From Obrimoposthia wandeli (lineage: Eukaryota): 64,000 nt of DNA. Location: positions 124,001 through 188,000 of the forward strand of contig CDROCS010000669.1 of NCBI GenBank assembly GCA_977020255.1, written 5' to 3'. Below, one piece after another: positions 48,067 to 60,979 of the stretch. Position 1 is the first letter of the stretch; every line of letters begins with the position of its first letter. Position numbers and translations under genes: made by a program. Below the pieces are notes generated by a model, which worked only from the letters and a program-made list of their open reading frames with translations, was not told where the DNA came from and ran no database searches.

Positions 48067-48372
48067 GACTAAGTATCAAGATGATGATGATGTAATCATA
48101 ATATGTTATGTGTTAGTATAATTATTTATGACTTTTATTACATCTCAAGTGCATGTGTGTGTGTACATTAGCCTAAGTGATAAGATGATGTAATCACCAT
48201 CTGTCACATGTCAGTGTAATTATACACGACTTTATCCCATCTCAAATGTATGCATGTGTACATTAGCCTAAGTAACAACATGATGTAACCACAATCTACC
48301 ATGTGTTAGTGTATTATTGTATCACATTTATTACATCACTAGTGCATGCATGTGTAGTTGTCGTATGTGTAC
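48067..48372. repeat. Three degenerate tandem units of ~95-104 bp
   Basis: Recurring (g)cctaagt...gatgatgtaatca...tgcatgtgt..acatta starting at 48067, 48171 and 48266. Confidence 0.7.
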
Positions 48373-48630
48373 ATGTTACATATTTTATCTGACAGCTGTT
48401 TTTATGATAAAATTATTATTATTATTAATATGAATAATGAAGTTTACTAAAAAATGAAAATCAAAAGACGAATAGTGAAAGACAATTAAATTCCTTAAAA
48501 TCACAGATATAAAGGAATCAATCAAATCATTCTTACATTCACATACATACAACTAATGTTTCAAACATACAAGTAATATTTCAAACATTCTTACATTCAC
48601 AGGCATTCAAGATTAAAGATAAATAGTCAT

Positions 48631-51600
48631 CTAAAAGAGATTCGTATAATTGCAATGACTATAAGCCACACTCAGATTCTGTCCAATCCAGTTCCGCTTA
48701 TTATCAACATTGCTGAGTGCGATCTTGGAGGATATTGTCGTAAACAGCTTATGGTTTATTGATTGAATTATCTGCTGCTGGATACTTTCGCTTACCCCTG
48801 TTTCATATACTTGGCGACAATTCGCGTGTTTTATGAAAGTCTGATTTAAGCTTACTACCTTTGCTCTCATGGATTCAGAGTCATTTGTATCAAGCATGCT
48901 ATATGACTTAGGACATAGAAATATGCATTCCTTAAAAACTCTGACTCCCTCACTTTCATCCTTAAATTTTCATATAGCAGTGTTCGCCAAGGTGTAAAGT
49001 GGATCTTGTTGCGAAAACTTTGAAGTATCAAGGAGACGGTCTTCTAACATAGCCGGTAATAACTCATTGGGAACATCAACATTTCTACATTTGAGAAGAA
49101 ACTATCAGTATCTCCAGCAAGTATTCAGATATCGCAATCAAACTGTCTTCTATATTTTTCTAACTCTACATATTACAGTTTATACATGCGTAATTTACTG
49201 ACATCTAAAACAGCCTGACCCATATAGCTAGGCCGATTCAAGCATATGACTTCTTTATTTAGCAATACAGTTATTAAATCATCATATATTTGCATCGACT
49301 TTCTAAATTGAGCTTTGCTGCAGTAAAATACGAGTTTCCTAGGGGTGTTACAAATCCTTATATTAGTTCGGTTCATCAAATTTTCAATTAATTTTCCAAA
49401 AAGCGAATACACCTTTAGTTTGTAAAAATCTTTATCAAACTTATTTTGCGAAGAAGCTCTCTTGTGTATTATAATCTATATAATCTGCAAAAACATTATA
49501 TTGTTCGAACCTTACTGCTCGATGAATGAAATCTACTTTAGCACCAAGGCTAACATACATTTCCAAAAGTCGGAAATTAATAACATAATTTTTTTTCGGA
49601 TAATGCGTCATCAACAATTTTTCAACTTTTCTCCCAGAAGGACACTGCTTTAAGGGGGCTAAAGGAAGATCGTCAAGGAAATCATGTAAATAATTAGGAA
49701 TACTTAAATATATTTTTAGTAAATGAGCATACTTGCTACAGGATAAATCTACTTTCCAAAAATCACTGATTATCTTCACTAATTCAGCCTGTTCTAATAC
49801 CCACTAAAGTCACCCACTGGTAGATATTGCGACATCACCCACCCATACAAATTATTAATGTCGATGTTTAGTATAAAATCCCCATCCGATGTGTCTACTT
49901 TATGGGTGTTCACGAAAATCATCCCACTCCTTATACCGTGTGTGAACAGCTTGTGCATATCCGGGTCTTGTATTAACTCCACCCCTTTAGCTGCTTGACT
50001 GGTTGCACTGGGGTATATTGAAAGCAGCGACTTGAACGCGCTAGCAAAACTGAGACCTGTAATGGAATAATAAATTCAATTTAAAAAACTTAATTATTGA
50101 TGAAAAAACTTTAAGTAAATCAATATTACTAACCGGGTATTGAGAAGACGTTCAGAAACTCCAGTCTGTCTTCATCAATAGCCTTCAATCGGAATGCAGT
50201 GAATACATCGGCGAGAAGGTACACGTCCAGCTTCAGATAAAGGATCATGTAGTCTCATAGAGATGTGCATCCCATCTCAATCCACACCTCCTTCGCGAGC
50301 TCATATTGATTGCCTGTGATTTCTGCTTTCCATTTAGGTTGTAGACTGGTAATGTTTCTGAGAGCAGTCTTTGATATCACTAAATCGTAAGGAAATATCC
50401 CTTTTCCTCCTATGAGAAGAGGCGGGAACACTATCTTCGTTATAGATACATATTTGACATTCTTCACTAGTTGATCGAGGCTAGCATTCAGAAACTGCAG
50501 CGAATCGATGAATTATGGTAATTCTCTCAAGGCGCACAATCATGGCCTGGAACATCTCGCTAGTTTGAGGAATGACAACGATTGACCAATGCGGGGATTT
50601 GCTCAATGCATGCTTCAGAATATGGTGCATGTCATATCTTCTCAGGTGATGAAAACCGACTGGGAGAACATGACTTATCCGGCGAGAAAAATTACACATA
50701 GAGTGATCAGCACCTAAGAATTCTCCGCTTATGTGATCATGTTCCCTAACCTTACTGATACAGCGTTTCTTGCTGAGATAACAAGTAGTTACAGCATTGT
50801 ATCTAACCTGCTGCATCGGGGTTAGCTGTCGTATAACTGCTTGAGCGTGCTGGCTGTACCACTGAAGAACAGTTTCCTTTGCAATTGTTTCGATATTCCT
50901 AAGAAAATCTACTACACAATTTTCTCCAGTGAAAAAAGAGTAAATTTGTGTCGGAGCCGCCCTTATTGAAGATAATAGCATACCCGCCGCTATTGGGACA
51001 TGCTGCTGATGATGAATCCTACGAGGGGTAAGTATTGCCTCAAACTCAGTATATACGGAGGAGAAATAGTTTTTGAGAAATCTGTAAACTCCATATATTT
51101 ATCCTCGGGCATGGTATACAACTTTGTATTTTCAATATTTTCAGTGCACAGTGAGACGTGTTTATTAAACGATTCGGTACGTCTAAAACCATGTAAACAC
51201 TTATGGCACAACTTGCATTGAATAATAGCCGAAAATCTTCTACGAACATTTAAGAGCCTATTCAAATCTGGAACTGCCACATAGTGAAACCTATCCTTAT
51301 CCTCTAAAATAATGAGATTTCTGGTCTGACCTCCTAAATTCTTGCTCCGATATATCACGTCAATAAATGGATTTTTATATATCTCCGTTCCTATGGCAAA
51401 TTCCCTATATGATTGTACGTGAAAACATTAATGGAAAGTTCAGAGTTTTCCCTCTCAAAGCTCGAATATTCCCTAATTTTATAGGCATATCATTTTCATC
51501 ATAATGCAATTCAGACAAGAAAGGCTCATACCCTTGCGGTCTATGTATATTTCTAGGAAATAAATTACGTTTCAAAATAGCCAAAATACTAAATATGAAA

Positions 51601-52555
51601 CATAAATTATTTCCTATATTCCTAACATTAATTTCCTCATTAGCAATCCCTTCTGGCGGAGGAATGTACGAGTGCCCTTGCAGGTAATTAATTTCACTAG
51701 TCTTAGTAACTGTGAAATAAATCTCTAGTAACTTATCCAGAGAATACTGCTCCAGTTTCGAAGTCAGTAACGCGGATCCATCTTTAAGAAACGATGGAGA
51801 AAAGGGAATTACCCTATTGGATACAACCCATTGCTTTGTATCAGTTTTATTCGAGAACTGTACCTTAGTCCCAAACTGAATTTTACAGGTTTCAAACTGA
51901 TCTAACACCTCTCTTAAGGCATCCAAAAGATCCCGAGGAACTATAATATTTACTAACTCCTTATTTCCTACATCTAATGAAAGTGAGAAATAAACTACAT
52001 TCAATCCTCACTTATTGACCACATTCCCGATCCTTCTCTGCTTCCCTAACGCTCCTCCAACTAACGGCATATTCCGCTTCCTAACACCGGCGGATGTAGA
52101 CATCCCCGCTAAACTTGGTATAGGTAGACCGGAAACACCGACGGTACTACTTAATGAAGTAGATATCGCCACAGAGCTAGGCATACCAACAGAAGATATC
52201 GAAGCAGCAGCAGCAGCAGCTGATGTTGAGGCGGTAGTATGAGCCCGAGAAGATTGAGCATAGAATGAAATGCTGCATTGCGGACATTTATGGAAAATCA
52301 CCAATTTCCAAATTTTCTGGAAGTGGGCTAAATGGTGGCGATGACTGTTGCAGAAACATATCCAGTCTACTTCTGCACTTGTTTGGCAGATTGGGCATAT
52401 GAAATACTCATGGCCATTGAATTTCTTCCTGAAATATTCCTCCATCCTTCTTCGACAATCCACATGTCTGACTTCAAAGCATAATTTCCTGTTCATGTTG
52501 CAGTTCTAAAAATAATATTAATCAATATAAATCAAAAATCAAGAAATCTTACCAT
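48631..52555 (-). pseudogene. Intron-containing protein-primed PolB of element C with fused N-terminal Cys/His and S/T/A-rich module
   Basis: REHDHISG, FHHLRRYD, KGIFPYD, DINNLYGWVM, SLFGKLIEN and LAGDTDS motifs. Introns at 52506-52552 and 50057-50133. Confidence 0.92.
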
Positions 52556-52716
52556 TTTTGATATTGTTTATAAAAGAGGGTATCAAATGGATTATGCTTC
52601 CTTATATACTATTTTCAAAGTAGTATCAAGCCAATGAGATTGATTCAAAACTCTCAATCCAATCAGTAAATTTGCATTGAAAATAGTGATTTTATTTGTA
52701 AGTGGTATATTTTTCT

Positions 52717-53215
52717 TTAATATTGCTTCTTCAATTGTAAGTAGTTTAAATAATCCAAACTAGCCGCAAAGCATTTCTTGTGCTCCATGTGCTCAATATA
52801 TGTGCAACTAATATTTGGAGGAATGGGGGATAACTGTTTCAGCACTTTAAAGTAATTTATGACTCTAAATTCAGGAAAAAGATTATTGATTGTCTGTATT
52901 TTAGTCCCATCATATTCATCCAAAACAAAGAAAATTGATTTGGATACATTACATTTACTTTTAATTTCTTTGCTTATTTTTCTTATCCTGAAATAACTAT
53001 CCCCATCGTCTAGATTTAACTGATAATGATGTTTAATGAGATATATATTTATTTTTTATACATTTTCTACTCATCATACTCCACATAGGATACATTTAAA
53101 AAACATAATGCTCAGGAAATATAATAATATCCACATTCATTATGGACAAGTCCTTCACAAGGAATTCATTATTTGACTCGATGAAAGCTTCAAAATCAAT
53201 AAAATAAATAGACAT
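52717..53215 (-). pseudogene. DEDD-like nuclease accessory gene of element C
   Basis: MSIYFIDFEAF...SCTYIEHMEHKKCF. Confidence 0.55.
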
Positions 53216-53247
53216 TTTTTAAATCAATTCGTTTTATTTAAGATTGT

Positions 53248-53590
53248 TTATATCCCTTGTTTATGCTTTAACCATAATAGACAGAGTTGTCTGCATGTTC
53301 GTGTTAAAGCATTCTGATAATGTTTCTTACTAAGACGTACTTTCTTTCCAGAGTCAAGTACTGTAGATATTAATTTAGATGGGTAATATACCCCATAGGG
53401 GTCAAAAACAAATATCTCTTTTTATTTAACATATATTGCAATCCAATGTTCTCCACGCAAATTAGATGAATGTGTATTGATCACATATCCACCTGGGCGA
53501 GTCAATGAGGGGATATGATCGAGACTGTGGAATCCATTGAAACGCGATCCGAGTAGTTTTCTCCCACTTTTTGTTAGTAAGTGAATGTGT
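53248..53590 (-). pseudogene. Adenain-like protease of element C (start missing)
   Basis: GYVINTHSSNLRGEHWIAIY...VFDP...YQNALTRTCRQLC. Confidence 0.85.
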
Positions 53591-53686
53591 CCGGTCTAAT
53601 CCACCCCCTTCCCCCAACGGGGGGCTACCACTGTCCTTTAAAACCGTGCATGTGTGTGGAGTGAAATTTCGTGCATGTGTGTGTCC
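53588..53686. repeat. Fragment similar to the element A terminal repeat
   Basis: GTCCGGTCTAATCCA...AACCGTGC(A/C)TGTGTGTGGAGT(G/T)AAATT shared with 11134-11247. Confidence 0.75.
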
Positions 53687-53697
53687 GTTCCTTCAGT

Positions 53698-54805
53698 TTA
53701 TACTAGTACGGTACCCGCCTTGGTAATTTGGACCTCAGAATCAAATACTACATATATTATAATATTCATAGGTTGTTCAAGTGCTTTTGTAAACTTGATT
53801 TCTACTTTCAAATTTCCCTGTTTAGGGATTTCAGCTTGATTAATATAGAAATCGGGAGAGAAAACAAATGTAAACAGTGTATACTTGTAAAATCAGTCAT
53901 TGAAATACCAACATTGGCATCCTTATCCAAGTGACCAAGATTTCTAATTAAAGATTGTACGTAAGAAAACACATAATCATTATTTTCAAAGTCATTCGTA
54001 AAAGTTTCTTGATAATCGATATTTCGTGCTAGTTTGATTGAAATCACATTCACATTCCCAGGTTGAGAAACCTCATTTTTAGACTCACCTCCATAGGTGG
54101 AAGTGTTTTGGAAAGCAATTAAAACAAAATTTGGGAGCTGCATATCCCCGAAAATCTGATCTTTTTAATAAGAGAGTGCTTCTGTAGGGATAGGATGAGA
54201 AACAAGATTAGTTTTTCTAATATGATAGCAAGCATCCTTCTTCTCCAACTCCATTCGATGTCCAACGAGTACAGATGGTTCCACATTTACTCTACGAACC
54301 AGTAACTTTGCTTCCGTAATCTCAATTGCTGATTAAATAGTATCTGCGCAAAAAACGCTATAACCTACTGGATTTCATTTCATTCGGATATGTACACTTA
54401 TACCTAGTAAAAGATACTTTGGCTGATTAAAGAAGTCCAAATGGAGACTTCCACAAAGTGACAATATTTTGATTTTGCAATCCAAGCTTTTCTTCCATCT
54501 TCACTATCATCAAACCCAATTGCATCAAGATTAATCAATTTCGTATCATTACTGCAATTCAATATCCATAGCATTATACAGATCACCTCCTCCCTCCTTT
54601 GTATCTTTCAATTTAACAAGCAATAAACTATCATTCAAATCAAGATATTGAGTATTGGATCCATTTATATTGAATTCTAAATCAGGAGAAGATTTATACC
54701 GCTAACCGCATTTGTCAGAAAATTTTCCTCAAAACTAACACTATCAACCACTCCCTGAGGTACGGGTTTATCGAATATGCACAATTCATTTTTAGCACAA
54801 CTCAT
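53698..54805 (-). pseudogene. Major capsid protein of element C
   Basis: MSCAKNELCIFDKPVPQ...LDLNDSLLLV...MQLPNFVLIAF...VFDSEVQI; several frameshifts. Confidence 0.88.
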
Positions 54806-54809
54806 TACT

Positions 54810-55165
54810 TAAAAATTGTTTCACCTGGTTTCAGACGTTTGTTTATACCCAAGACTTTAGAAGTTTTCTTACGTTTATAACCACTTCCCTTTTGAGTTTT
54901 CTTTATGAAATATTTAGCTAGATTGGGCGAAATTTCATTTACCTGGTCAATGGCTGCACTTTTGAGCGTTGGAAGTAATTTCTCGTCGCTGGATAAGTAT
55001 TTTGATCCGACATTACCTATAAATTTCTAAAGTCGTTAGAGTAGAGAGAAAGCAAAACGTCCAAAGCATTCATCCATCCAGATCCATACTGTTTCCTGAC
55101 AAAATAAGGCAAATCACCTTTCTTGTATAGGTTTACCATACGCATTGATTATACTTGAATCAATC
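54810..55165 (-). pseudogene. Small pre-MCP core-like protein of element C
   Basis: LPYFVRKQYGSGWMNAL...QKGSGYKRKK. Confidence 0.6.
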
Positions 55166-56377
55166 ATCATTTACGAAAATGAACTGTTAAACTTGTTTTA
55201 GCTCCGTAAGCAAATGTAATTAATCTTCCAGAATCATTGCGTATGTTAACTTCAATAATGTTTATAGAAGAAGAACTCACTGGAATATACATTGGATTTT
55301 CAATTGCAATATGTATGATATCCTCATACTTGTGCTTTTTCTGCTGAACCCAAATTGCTTTTATTAATGAAAGTTTAGTTCCTCTTACGAATATTGGTTC
55401 AGTAATACTCATGTAAATATAAATCTGATCATATGAATTAGTTATTTTAGGAATAATCTTTGCTTTGAAAACAATATTTTTATTTTTAAATTCATTTTCA
55501 TCAAAACCGATAATTGTGGCTATTGATTTATCCATGATAACTTTATCAACATATGGTTTCAATTTGAATTGAATCAATTTATTAACTAGTTTAAAGTTTT
55601 CAAATACATTTGGTAACATGGTTTTAAAACGTTTACATATGCTTTCACTATCTGGAAAAATAAAATCATTGGGAACTGAATATATTTTCCTCTCGCGTTT
55701 ATCTTGTTGTTTTTATCTTGAAAGTGAGTATTGGATAATTAATATGAATATTCATAATTCCTGAAACCACAAATTTTCCTTCATTAGGTTTATTAGGAAA
55801 TCCATATTGTTCCGCAAAAATCTCATCATAAAAAACTATTTCAAAATTAACTCCTTGTTCAGCAATTTGAATTTGATTCTCTTTATTTAAAAAGATTGGT
55901 AAATCATCTACTGTCTTAATAAGGCTCAATTCCATTTGCTCCAAATAAAATAGTAAAGTCACATTAGTTACTTTCTCAACTTATTGTTGAGTAATATATT
56001 CAATCTCAGTTCCACTTTGAATTGATAGAGATGAGTAATTGAAAGAAAATTCAGTAAGAGCAGCCTCCTACAGTAATTATTCACCTGTAAGGGTATTCAT
56101 TAAAACATGTTTTTGAGAGAGACCGACACCGAATCACTTATAGATGCATTATTTAAAAGTCTCACCTGTAAGAGTACAGTCGAATATTCAAACAAGAATT
56201 TAAATCCTGAAAAGATGTTTACTTACATTAATTACATATGTTCAGATACATTTATATGTGGTGTTCAACTCGATAATTTCCTTCTCGATTTATTGTGCGG
56301 CTAAAAAACATTTATTCTTGATCAGGTTTGCAAGTGTTTTAGCCAAACGTTGTTCTGCGTTCTTAGAAGGTTCTTGC

Positions 56378-56650
56378 TTTGAACTTTGATACTTTTTGTC
56401 TGTATTTGTTGATTTCATTTGTTTTGATTGTTGCTTTGAACTTTGATACTTTTTGTCTGTATTTGTTGATTTCATTTGTTTTGATTGTTGCTTTGAACTT
56501 TGATACTTTTTGTTTGTATTTGTTGATTTCATTTGTTTTGATTGTTGCTTTGAACTTTGATACTTTTTGTCTGTATTTGTTGATTTCATTTGTTTTGATT
56601 TTTTCTTTGAACTTTGATATTTTTTGTTTGTACTTGTTGATTTCATTTGT
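56378..56650. repeat. 57-bp tandem repeat (about 5 units) inside pogo copy 2
   Basis: ORF 56290..56646 has five 19-aa units versus three in copy 1. Confidence 0.9.
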
Positions 56651-57343
56651 TTTGAGTGTTTCTTTTTACTTTGATACTTTTTGTCCTACAATTTGTTGTT
56701 TCGCATTACATATGTGCCTCCTCTAGGTCAAGAAATTTCTTTGACCATCGTTTCATACGTTATTGAAGGAGTTGTTTGCGTCGTGGATCTAAATATATTC
56801 ATTTTTTCAGTCATTTGGCCAGTGTGTGTATGTAAGATGAATCTCCGAAAACTACTGCACTACTCCTCCTAAAAGTAGAATAGCACTTTAAAGTCAAACT
56901 GCTCCTAAAATGAAAATTATATCCTATGATTAAACTAGAAAAACTAACTCTAATACAAAAATTATATATAAAATAGTAAATAGGCAAAAATAATATTACA
57001 AAATTTAATTTAATTTAAAGTATTTATGATTTAATACCTCGAAAAATAAAAAACAGAAAATTTCTCGAAATTTTTCAGATACCTATATGGATATTTAATA
57101 ACTTGTATAATATGAAAAGTTTATAGCCCTTTTTAACCTTTTACAGATTCGAAGATATTATATATTCAATATCATTATAGATTTTTTGATAATCCAACGG
57201 GGCGCTACTCCAGTTAAAACTTCATTCTATAACTCCGGATTTAATAACCCACCGAAATTATATAATGTTGGTGGTAATTTTAGTATTATATAGAACATTT
57301 TTGTAAATCTGGTTACTTTAGAATCTTTCTTTTCACCACAAGA

Positions 57344-59154
57344 ATGTCGTTCTTTGACGCTATGAGAGAAGGAGCTGCAACTCAACGAGCTCAACAAGCA
57401 GAAAAGGAAAGCAGAAAGAACGTATCTTGCTCACCTTGCACTTATATCTTTCCAAATTTGGGTGCTTTGGCTCAACACAATAAATTCAGACACAAACAAC
57501 GAAAAGACAAGAGGAAACAACTCAAACTCAACCTTGACAATTTCGAAAACGCAAGTTCAAATTCCAACGTGTCTGAACATGAAGTCAGAATCAGTTCTTC
57601 ACCCAAACCGAAGAAAAAGAAGACCAACAATAACAAAAAGAAAAGATCACCAACAAAACAACAAATATGCAAAACAAGAATCAGATTCTCCAACTCAAAG
57701 AAATTTTCGCTTGTACTCTCTTTTGAAGCCACGAGGCGTGATCATCCAATTTGTTTCGAAGAAAAATTCAAGGCTGAGCATCCAACAGTCAGTTTTAGAA
57801 CAATTTCTAACTGGGCAACCAAAAAAATCGAGTGTTGATTGCCAAAGACGCTACAGATTCTAATCCAACTGTTCGTCAAGCAAAAGTCAGTGGTGAACGT
57901 CTTGAAAAGTATAAACGTGGATTGTTTCCTAAACAAGAATCACAACTTTACGACCTCTTCGGTCAAAGGCGCGCTGATGCGAAGAAAGTTTCATCACAAT
58001 GGCTCCAATCAAAGATGAAGAAGCTTGTTTCTGAATACAAAGAATTGATGAATGCTGAACAAATTGAGAAAGCAAAAAATTTCAAAGCTTCACGAGGTTG
58101 GGTTCAGCGGTGGTGCAAACGTTTTCAAGTCACTAAACGAATGAGAACAAATGGAAAGCCAAAAACTGCACATGAAAGAATGAAAGAAGTGCAAAAATTT
58201 CACAGAACTGTGAAACAATTTTGTCAACCTCCTCCGAGCCAAGACGAAAAATACGGACGTTTTTCCCCAAACAACAGATATCACGTCGATCAAATTCCTT
58301 TGGAATTCGGAGGACCGCTCAAAGATACTTATGGAAAGAAAGGAAAAAGAGTCGTACAAATAAAGCAAGCAAAAGTTGATCAAAGTCTACAGTTAACTTT
58401 TTGTGCTGATTTACCTCAACGTATCAAACCTGGGATATGTTTTCGACTCAAACCGCATAAATCTAAAGACGGAACTATCAACCCGAGTATCCCATATGAC
58501 AAACGTATCCATGCTGAGCAAAAGAATATGCCAAAAGATGTCGAAATTTATTATCAACCGAAAGCCTGGTTTGATACCGCAACCTCATTGGAATACGCTC
58601 ACAATTTCGAGAAACAAACTCGTGGCAGCAATGAAAAGCTCCTTGGTCTGGACAATCTTGGATCTCAATGTTCTCCGGAATTTAAAAAAATGATCCGCGA
58701 TTCAAATACTTTGTTAATTTTTACCCCTCCTGATTGCACAGATCTCTGTGCTGTGACAGATCGAGGATTGGGGAAAGCAATAAAAGATCGAATGAAGAAG
58801 AAATATAACAAGCACTTCGATGACAACCACGATGGTTGGGTCAACGGCGAAATCAACGCTAGGGAAAGACGATTTCTGTATGCAACTTGGCTCAGCGAAT
58901 CTTGGAAAGAATTTCTCAATGAGAATAGTCTAGCGCAGATCACGAAAGCATTCGTTGAATGTGGTATGCTCAATGCTTTTGATGGTTCGGAGGATGCGTT
59001 GATCAAAGTCCAAGCGCTCGAAGACTATCAAATCGGAGAAAGTGACGATGAAGACCAAAGTGATAGCGATAGCGATTATGAAAATGATGATTCTGATGAA
59101 GAAGAAAGTGAAATTGAAAGTGAGAGTGAAAATGAGGGGGGAAATGATGAATAA
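57344..59154 (+). pseudogene. Frameshifted pogo transposase of copy 2
   Basis: 1-bp deletion in the A-run near 57825 (7 A versus 8) and a 15-bp in-frame deletion removing RRQTT. Confidence 0.92.
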
Positions 59155-59413
59155 ATTGATCATTGAGTTGAATTTTCTCTGTGATTAAAAAAAAATCAAG
59201 GACTTAAATCCGGTCACCGGGCACCCTTATAGGTGAAGCGTGAAATTTTCGGTGACCGGACACCCTTATAGGTGGGACCCCTTATAGGTGAATAATTACT
59301 GTATCGACCAGGTAAATTAATTGAGCTTTGATAATCAATACTAAAATGATTTGTAGTATTATTAGGTTGAGTTAATGGAGATCCGTTACTCGGTAATACA
59401 ACATACATCGAAT

Positions 59414-60439
59414 TCATTCTATTTGAGAAGCTAATATCCAACTAGGTTCGCTATATCCATGCCACTAAACTCGATATTGTTTATGCTTTCCCTGCCCTTT
59501 TGTCTCTAAGATTTCCTGAATTCTATATACATTCGGTTTCTCGGGCAAGACTTGTAATTCTTCATGATAAAATTAACCGGTGATTTCATTATTGGTTTCA
59601 TCCTCAATGAAATACATTACTGGAGCATGTTTTTATCGATTTTAGTTATACGAAATACTTTATCACTCCAATTATCTTTGAAATTCTTTATAAAAGGAGT
59701 ATTGATAATTTGAGATATACGTACATAATCCCCAATTTTATACTTGGGTTTCTTTAAAACTTTACTTTAATTACGTCGTTGCCAAATTTCCATAGAATTC
59801 TTATCCGTAACATCTACATGTCTCTTCCCATCTAATGATTCGTGTTTGCTATGGTTGTATGCATTTATTATTTTCGGTAAAACGTCGATCCAGATCTTAT
59901 TTCCCTGCTTAGTAAAATACTTTTTAATCGATCTCTCAATGTACGATTAAAACGTTCAACTAAGGCAGCTTTATATTGGGAAAACACTGAGTATCATGAT
60001 TAATGTCATGTTTTTTCAATAAAGCACCAACATGTTTATTATAAAACTCTTTTCCACTATCCGTTTGGAAATTTATTACTTTTATTTCTTTAATCATTTG
60101 CTTCATCGCTTCTAAGACATCCGTACCAGATTTTTACTTTAACGGAATAGCTCGTGCAAATTTACTAAAGACATCAACATAAGTTCAAATGTATCTATAA
60201 CCATCGTTAATACTCGCATACGGAATCACTTCTATCAAATCTGCTTGCCATAAATCATTTGGCCTGCTCGTCCTGTATGATCTCGTTGGAAGCGGACGTC
60301 TCATCGATTTGTTTAAGCTGTAAGCTAATTGAGTTTTCAACCACGTCTGAGTTTTTTCTTCTATCCTCACCTTTATTGCCAATTTTGAAATTTCGGTGTA
60401 ACCAACGGGATGACTTGGATCGAACCATACTTTCTCCAT
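59414..60439 (-). pseudogene. Retroviral-like (RVE) integrase with C-terminal chromodomain-like region, element C
   Basis: WQADLIE...YRYI...VDVFSKFA, TDSGKEFYNK, ALVERFNRTL and YRIQEILETKGQG...Y.V.WHGYSEPSWI. Confidence 0.9.
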
Positions 60440-60535
60440 TACAACAAGATGATTTGATTTTTATATTTTATTTAGAAATAGTTGGAAGTGATCCCATAAA
60501 AAAATCATATTATTTATTAAAATTCATGTTTCTAA

Positions 60536-60874
60536 TCATCCTTTTATTAATCTGCTAGCGAATGCACCAACTATTAAGCTAACAATCCGTACTAGAAATC
60601 CTAAAAAAAATCCGCATTGGTTATACAGCAACTTACGTTTACCGGCTTGTGTTTTAGCTTGAAACAAGGCAAGTAGAGGTTTCTTATGTCTATTCATTTT
60701 AGTCTTAATGGGTACCTTACCGGAAACTATTTTATGTACCATATTAACTAAATCATCTATTACAAAAGTAGGAAATGATTTAAAAATAGTCGGTCGTCGA
60801 ATAGCAGGCGTCTACATAAGATAATTGAAATATGGAATACTCTTAGATTTCTTATTTGATTTTTCAGCAACCAT
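60536..60874 (-). pseudogene. Homologue of the 109-aa Polinton protein, element C
   Basis: FPTFVIDDL...GKV...QCGFFLGFLVRIVSLIVGAF in the same gene position. Confidence 0.6.
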
Positions 60875-60979
60875 TTTCCTTGTTCTTAAAACCGATTTAA
60901 TCAATTTCTTGACTTCAAGTTTAACAACTTCCTTTTTAAAACGTATCTTCGGGAAACCGGTTTCTTTGATTGTTTATAG

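Larger units (their letters stand above)
56071..59301 (+). mobile_element. pogo-superfamily DNA transposon, copy 2 (3231 bp), inverted relative to copy 1
   Basis: Same TIRs, with TA TSD at 56069-56070 and 59302-59303. The flanks are penton sequence, so this is an independent insertion. Confidence 0.95.
55167..59408 (-). pseudogene. Penton (minor capsid) of element C, split by pogo copy 2
   Basis: MYVVLPSNGS...NNTTNHF...LPGR | EAALTEFSF...QIYIYMSITEP...NPMYIPV...IEVNIRNDSG. Confidence 0.85.

Noticed and set aside
51974-52011. Candidate 38-bp GT-AG intron between ORFs 52008..52496 and 51405..52004
   Set aside because: Splicing shifts the frame into a stop; the two ORFs are already in one frame, separated by a single TGA.
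56290-56726. Repeat-derived ORFs as proteins or a CRISPR-like array
   Set aside because: Head-to-tail 57-bp units with no unique spacers, no cas genes and a eukaryotic context.
35511-59301. Treating the two pogo copies as TIRs of one 24-kb element or as a segmental inversion
   Set aside because: Each copy has its own TIR pair and TA TSD, and the flanks rejoin into different genes.
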